From positions 190,836,001 to 190,900,000 of the forward strand of contig NC_042998.1 in NCBI RefSeq assembly GCF_006345805.1: a DNA stretch of 64,000 bases, read 5' to 3'. The notes under the pieces were generated by a model. It was not told the DNA's origin, searched no databases, and saw nothing but the letters and a program-made list of their open reading frames with translations. Position 1 is the first letter of the stretch, and each line of letters opens with the position of its first letter. The position numbers and the translations under genes were made by a program. Positions 54,575 through 64,000 of the stretch are shown here, piece after piece. The stretch comes from Octopus sinensis. Its lineage: Eukaryota.

Positions 54575-56180
54575 AGTGCGTGTTTATACGAATATGTGTA
54601 TATGCAAATGTATAATTCTTAACCATCTTAATAAATATATTTGAGGATATAAAAGCGATATAATCGGGAATGTAGGGTTCGAAACTATAATATACTCTGC
54701 TTGATAAACGATCTGCTCAATTGAGGCCAACTGCATTATGCCTGAGCTACTTTCTTCGTCTGAAATTCCGAATGCAAGCAATAGACGTTAACAAATGAAG
54801 TTAAGAGAAGTTGCTTGAGAATTCCTTAGTTTGGCAAATGTTTCATCGACCGTAAAGAGAACTAATACAATTACTAAAGAGAGTTCCATGAAGAATGCTT
54901 ATTTAGTGGGATACGAGAAGGAAAGCATTGCCAATCAATCTATTAGAGCTAAAGTGATTCTCGTGTTCTGGTAGCTAATTACATCTAACTGTGTGTCTAA
55001 TGCAGTGGATTACAGGACGTTTCTATATCATTGCAAACTCGGATATTGTAGAAGGATTCTATGGTAACGTTTTCGGAATTATTTCTAGGAATTTTTATGA
55101 AATATTAAAAGAAAAAAATGATGAAAGTATAACATTAATATTGATTAATCAGTATAGAGTTTAGAAAATAATATTTATTACTACTATTTAAAGTATAATT
55201 TATCCTCTGCATTTTTATTATAATTCTTCACAGCGGGAGAGAACTGGGAAATATTGGAGAGCGAGGAACCACATTTTTACAGCGTTTAGATTATTCTTTT
55301 ACAATGTGAAAATGCTGTCAAACTCAAGATTCACCTGTCAGTGACGAATGAAATAATTGTAGAAACACCAGTAATACATTGGTGTCGAAGCAAATGAATA
55401 CACTCCTTCTCTTGAGAAAACTAACGCCATACGGGTGCATCTGTGTGAGTGCATGTATGCGTGTGAGTACGTGTGTGTGTATTTTGTCTGTGTCTTGTCA
55501 AAGGAAATCAATGCTATCGATTCACAAGAAGGTAACATGTAACGTCATATCTTTTTCCTGAATGGTAATGGTGATGTGACACAATGACGCAGACAGGTTG
55601 AATATACGTGTGTCGATAGTGATAATACACATTCGCTTGATTTACTGTGGACATTGACTCAACGAAGGAATATATCAAGAATCCTACCCAGTATAAAATC
55701 TTTTATGGTATCAATGATACTTTAAACTTGATATATGTATAGCTATTGACAAAAGGTAAGCCTAACAGCGTATAGATATTGATTTATTTGTCACAAGATT
55801 ACATATTTAACAGAGAATGCAATGTGAGGCTCATGTCTTTATCAAGGGCATACGTGATCTGCCTTGTGCATACTTACACAAAATGGAGTTAATTTCAAAC
55901 AAGAATCAACAGTGATTTACAAACGCGATTCGTTTCAAACTTATCTATTCTCTACAGTATTTGTCACATGCCAATCTAGATACTGACAAAGGAAGGATCA
56001 GAATTTTGTAATGTCAATAATATAAGTACATACATAAATATATAAACATACGTACTCACATACAAATATCATACAATATATTATATACATATACATGTAT
56101 GTATAATAGTGTTTTAATATAATATTAAATATATAGTTATATGTATGTATGTATGAATGTATGTATATATGTATATATTT

Positions 56181-56441
56181 TTATTCTTTTATTTGTTTCA
56201 GTTATTTGACTGCGGCCATGCTGGAGAATCGCCTTGAAGTCGAGCAAATCGATCCCAAGACTTATTCTTTGTAAGCCTAGTACTTATTCTATCGGTCTCT
56301 CTTGCCGAACCGCTAAGTGACGGGGACGTAAACACACCAGATGGGCTTCTTTCAGTTTCGGTCTACCAAATCCACTCGCAGTGGGACTTAACCCAGAAAC
56401 ATGTGGTTGGTAAGCAAGCTACTTACCACGCAGCCACTCCA
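56181..56441 (-). mobile_element. SINE family B with two internal deletions
   Basis: Reverse complement of the family B head and tail. Confidence 0.85.
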
Positions 56442-56540
56442 GCACATATGTATATACACATATATATAGGTTCACAATCATGTATTTATATATGACTGAG
56501 TAGGTATAGGCGTTTGCGTATATGTTTACACGACACACAC

Positions 56541-56614
<74 letters not shown>

Positions 56615-57960
56615 CAGATATATTTACGTAGGTGTACATTTGCCTCCGTATGCGTGCGTGCTTGTTGTACTTGTGCATATTCAAAACTACCAGAGTATTT
56701 TGCAGTTCTTCTCATATGTTCTCTATTATTTATGTTTGGACGTGTTCACTAAAAAAAAAGCTAACTAATGCATACACGTCAAGTCCATAACTAATGATTG
56801 TATTGCATGAACTTTACTTCTAATACAAATATTGACTCTTTGGTAGATTGAAAGAAGGAAGGATTGTACGGCTCTGTGCGATAGCAAATAAACGGTGCCA
56901 TAATGTATATCACTAAGCCACAGACCCACTCACATCTACAGTTACTGTATGTATTTGCTGTGTATACATTACACAGAATTTAGTTCCTTTCTCTGTTTAT
57001 TTTCACATGTAGCTGTGTTCATCCAAGACGAGCACACATCGGAAATAGAAACGGAATTAAGCGCACATATTTATAGTGTGTGTATTTAAAAGAAAATGGT
57101 CAATTTTGATACAGAATCAATGCATTTGAGACATATCAGATAAGTGTTTATAAGCAAAAGATAAATATTTAGGGTTTGATAGCTCTATTTGAAAATGTCT
57201 GTAATTTGGGAGTGAGACAAATAAACTAATGTTTTCCTCTTGATATGGTAGAGCCATAGGTCGAACACATACATCAGTTAAGAATATATATCAGATATAG
57301 TTGATAAGAGATGGGAGTTATTAATTATAAAACTGTAAGTTAAATGGATGGTGTTTAAAGGGATGCTAGGTTTCGATTAGTTTCATTTTAACCTTTTCTT
57401 GAAATTACCTTCAATTTATCTTTGTATTTCTCGGTAATTGAGTTTGTGATGTCTCTCACATTAGAAGAGAAAAAAGTAACCGAAATCCAAGTCGTCAGGA
57501 GATTCCCTAACTCCCCTCTTTGTTAGGTATATCGAAAGCAGAGAAGAAATTTATTTTCATTGTTATACTTCATTATTATAGATAAAGATTTCTAATGTTT
57601 CAATGTATTTCAGCAAGATCTGATTCACACTGTGTTGAGGATGAAATTATAATAATTAACGATGAACTGTCTAAGGTACAAATATCCATGTTAACCTATC
57701 CTCCTCAGTAAAGCAGATGAATTCTTGAGAGCTTTATCCTGGATACTCAGTGCTATCAACTGGGGGTGGGGAAGATTGGGTACGTTATCTTTGGGAAGTC
57801 AGTTGTCAGGATATCCTTACACCCAGTCGTTTTTCTACACGTCGAAAATATGGAAGGGATGTTTAGATTGTTGCAGTTCACTCTCAAAGGGTTTCAAGTA
57901 TTTAAATATATTTCAGTAATTACGAGTTACACTACGCTGAGCATAACATATATACATGCA

Positions 57961-59471
<1,511 letters not shown>

Positions 59472-59602
59472 TGTCTTGTGTCTCGGGTTCGATAAGACCA
59501 CATCTTGTTAGCAGTTCTATATATTTCGTAAGAAAGCACAATAATAGATATTATATATATATTATTATTTAATATATACATACACATACACACACAATAC
59601 AT

Positions 59603-59641
<39 letters not shown>

Positions 59642-60348
59642 ATACATTACTTTCATATATCTATGTGTGTATGTGTATATATGCATAAAATCATTCATTC
59701 ACACATACATGTATGTATAAATATGCCAACACATATACACACTAACGTACACCAATATAAATAAGCATGTATGCATGCACACATGCATGTTTACAGTGAC
59801 ACAATATGGTATGTACGCAGTATAACTTCAAACACAATGATATAAATACCAAAATAGATATGTACTAAGTGTAACAAAATGTCAGGGGGAAAAAAAAGAT
59901 AGATTGACTGATAGACAGGCAGTCAGTCAGCCAGGTAGAGAGCTAGATTACTGCATTGATGGATAGAAGGAGGGTTAAATAACTAGTGAAATAGAAGGAT
60001 AGGGAGGAGAAATATATAGAAGAGGGAGAAGTAACAGAAGCGTATAAGATCGAAATGTCTGAAGGTATATAGAAAGAAAGCTAGAAAAAAACCCAAAAAA
60101 CAAAAACAAAAAAAGAGGTATACAGGAATAACAAAGCGGAAAGGAAAAAAAACAAAAGTTGCCAAAATATATATTAAAAGGTATTGGAAAGAGAGAATGA
60201 GTAAGAATACTAAAGAGAATAGGTAAAAAAAAAAAAAAAAAAAAATGGAGAGTAAGACAATACTTTGAGATGTTGCTGGAATTATTGACATGTATATGTG
60301 ATCAAACTTCTTACGTACGTGCGCGCGCACTCAAGCTTACAACATATA

Positions 60349-60400
<52 letters not shown>

Positions 60401-60466
60401 AGTACGTAATATTAGACTGAGACCGGGATATGCTCGCCTCTTTTCATGATTTTGGCTGCTTGTGCA

Positions 60467-60517
<51 letters not shown>

Positions 60518-60617
60518 CACATATATACATGTTTATATATATATATGCATATATATATATATATATACGTATATATACATATATATATACATACATGTAT
60601 ATATACATATACATACA

Positions 60618-60657
<40 letters not shown>

Positions 60658-60677
60658 CCTTTCTATATATATATATA

Positions 60678-60710
<33 letters not shown>

Positions 60711-60946
60711 TATGTCAATCATTATGGAAATGATAGGTTCACAGACCTTAATACCTGAATATTTTATAAATATATACAAATTTAAATATGTACCGGTTAA
60801 TGAATAATTTTCTAATTTCAATGTCATTTGAAACCCCAAGTTTCAAACGTACAACTTATATTATATATAAGGAATTTAACTGAGGAGGTGAGGTTGATCA
60901 AATATATAGTGCTTATAATTTGTTTTCTGAGGAAGATAACTAAGAA

Positions 60947-60985
<39 letters not shown>

Positions 60986-61431
60986 AAGACAAGAGACAGA
61001 AACGGAGGTGGTAAAGAATCATGACTTTGTGTGCGTGTGAGAGGAGAAAAGAGTGCTGATGAAAGAGAAAACGAGGCAGAAACAGTAAGATAAAACAAAA
61101 ACTAACCGGAAGGAAAAATAACGTTTCTGTCCCTCGCGTAAAATTGCTATTTACTACCACTCCATTAAAACTACCAGCCTTTCAGCGTCTTTTTGTTGCA
61201 TTTCCTCTCCTTTACGTCAGAATAGTACGGTCGTGGTATTTCTGTCTTTACGTTATATTTCATAATATTGAGATAATGGCAAGATTATTTCATGGTAATA
61301 TCGATAGGAAGACACTTGCATGCACACACACACAAACACAAACACAATCACAAACACACACACACACCTATCTATCTATGTCTTTCTTCCTCTCTCTCTC
61401 TCGTATATATATATAAGTATGTATAGGTATG

Positions 61432-61527
<96 letters not shown>

Positions 61528-61662
61528 TTTATACATGTATGTATATATATGTATGCATATTTATATATATATAAGTATATATATGTATTATATATATATA
61601 TATATATATAAATATATCATATACATACATACATGCACACAAACACATGCACACACACTCAA

Positions 61663-61695
<33 letters not shown>

Positions 61696-62031
61696 AAGTA
61701 ATATAGATAACTGTTATTTGCAAGTCAGTGAAAATAGTACTGAGTACAATTAAGCGAGTACTGAGCACTCAACCAAAATGGTCGGTTTTGATTGGCTTGT
61801 TGATGCTGATGTTTGTTCACCGGACACTCTTAGCTGACCTGTCCTGTGATTCAAAGCCTCCCAGTCCTAATATTCCGGCCACTTTTGAAACAATAGAATG
61901 TTATGTAATGGTAATATATATATATATATATATCGACATATATATAAACACATGGATATTTATATTATATATATTTATATACATGCGTGTATGTGATGTG
62001 TGTGTTTGTATCCATCCATCCATATATATAT

Positions 62032-62065
<34 letters not shown>

Positions 62066-62240
62066 GTCAAAAATTGTGAAGTATGACTGTCACCACTACT
62101 TCATGAACATGAAAATTGCAGAATTTAATGCATGAAAGTACTAGTTCAATCAGAATGAACATTTAACATTCTATTATTTTATTTTAATTTTATAAGATTG
62201 TAAATAAAACGTGAAAATCAGACAAGGTTGGAATTGCTTT

Positions 62241-62282
<42 letters not shown>

Positions 62283-62639
62283 TTACATTAATCAGACTCA
62301 TATACATGTACACACACACGCACACACACACACACACATGAGGATACTGGCCTAAAAATACTAACTCACATATTGCATAGTGGGGCATAAATTTGATCAT
62401 GTTTTATTATTTTCTTCATTTTTTTTACTCTCCCAAATTTGCTGCTGTGTTGCAAATATTAAATAAAAAGTTACAATATTCAATAAAAAGTTTTGATATA
62501 TTTCACGACGCCTTACATACTCTGTACCTAACTTCCAAATCTTTTCCTGAATGCGTTAAATATGATCTTACATCTTTTAACAACCTTTATATTTCCTCTC
62601 CCTGTTAATTTTTTTTCTCTTTTTATGATTCAGTATCTT

Positions 62640-62850
62640 CGCAGAACCGTTAGACTGTCGGACTAAAGGATTTCTGTTATTTAAATATTTTCTTATAAGT
62701 TCAGATTTTGTATCCTACCGATGTCGACTTTCTCTTTTACAGTTCCGATGATCGATAAAATAAAGTCAAAGCATCAAGATAGATTTAATTTGCCTTTTCA
62801 TCTTTCCCTAACTAAAGATCGAGGCTTTGTGCTTGTGTCGAAGTCGACAA
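62640..62850 (+). mobile_element. Degenerate SINE family A relic
   Basis: CCGTTAG..GATGTCGACTTTCTCTTTT..GATCGATAAAATAAAG motifs. Confidence 0.45.
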
Positions 62851-64000
62851 TTTACAGTTGCATAAAGAATATATATATATATATATATATAGCAGTTGGT
62901 ACGAGATAACAGATGTTGTTGTATCTCATTTGAAAAGTCTTTTTATTAACCCCTAATCGAGAATAGTGTTAGGGCATGTACTTAATCCTAGTTTCAGAGA
63001 CGCAACTTTACTGAGTGGAACGCCAATCAAAAGCAAGCGTCCTCTTTTGTTTAATAAAATCAGACATGTAGAATAGTGTTGTTCTTGCAGTTGTTAATAA
63101 TGATGTAAATGTTGTTAGACTCAAGTTATCCAACGCCATCTTTGAACTACGAAGTATATATAATAAATTAATCATTAAACTACAGCATATTAATTTCTTA
63201 TATAGGTACAAATTCACAAACGTTGAAAGAGGTGTAATAATATAGAGTTGGTCAAATCAGCCTTAGTGATTGACTTATATTTAAGTCTATCGACCCTGAA
63301 ACATAGAAGTTAAAATTGACCTTACCAGTATTTAAACTTCGGATGCAAGAGGACATATATCATAAAATCAATGCAAGAGCACTAGTCATTAAGCCGAGCA
63401 TCGACATTGCATATTAATTATCGTACAAAACCATCCAGGGAATCCATTTTGTCCAGACAGACATTAAAACACATATACACAAACAAGTATCGAGTATGAT
63501 CTTGTATGAGATAGAGGCATAGGATATCCGGAGCTATTTACAATCGATTGAACTTAATTGTTCGGATGATTACCTGCAGACCATAGGTATGTTGAATCAA
63601 TGCTGATTTGTTATACAAGAATAGGCTGGAGAGTGAAAATAGTAAAACTTGCTAAAACTGCTATACATTGTTTTAAAAGTCTTGTTCGAATGTTAAGAGG
63701 CAAAACCATGATGCTTTTCAGGATTTGTGAAACTGGAAGATGGAAGAGAAGATGTTATCATCAGGCTGGATAACCCGGACAAGCTGCTCGCAACAAAGTA
63801 GACTCTGCTAACAACGTCCAAAGAGTAGGTGGTGGTGTGAAACCGGATAGAAATAAGTGATATAATTTCATATCAAATTTTACACGCGCTGGTTAAAAGT
63901 TATGTTATCTGGAAACAATGAACCGCATGCAACATACTGTTAGAGTTATCCCCCACCCCACATCTTGGAGCAGGCACCATTTTACTTTTATTTATTCATA

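Noticed and set aside
61728-61915. ORF start with a hydrophobic segment (WSVLIGLLMLMFV)
   Set aside because: GTG start, runs into (TA)n, no supporting splice or homology evidence

Overview
Eukaryotic, very AT-rich non-coding DNA saturated with microsatellites, with one 100-N assembly gap (38576-38675). The repeat content points to a coleoid cephalopod, most likely Octopus (inference from the SINE families and microsatellite density; no search run). I can support no intact protein-coding gene. Almost all long ORFs in the track are translations of (TA)n, (CA)n, (TATC)n or (TAT)n repeats. What is supportable: (i) many copies of two tRNA-derived SINE families (called A and B here) plus older SINE relics; (ii) DNA-transposon derivatives (a mariner remnant with transposase fragments, two TA-flanked Tc1/mariner MITEs, a hAT MITE, and a GG..CC-ended element with an 8-bp TSD and internal TTAGGG repeats); (iii) LINE and Penelope-like (PLE) relics; (iv) a divergent histone H2B-like fragment; (v) an old ~29-bp degenerate tandem array. 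The most interesting signal is a tRNA-headed SINE carrying a PLE-type minimal hammerhead ribozyme, present as a ~600-bp head-to-head palindrome (39966-40592). Three other loci show hammerhead-like motifs, two of them also with inverted duplications. Together they suggest a Penelope-dependent, ribozyme-bearing SINE system.
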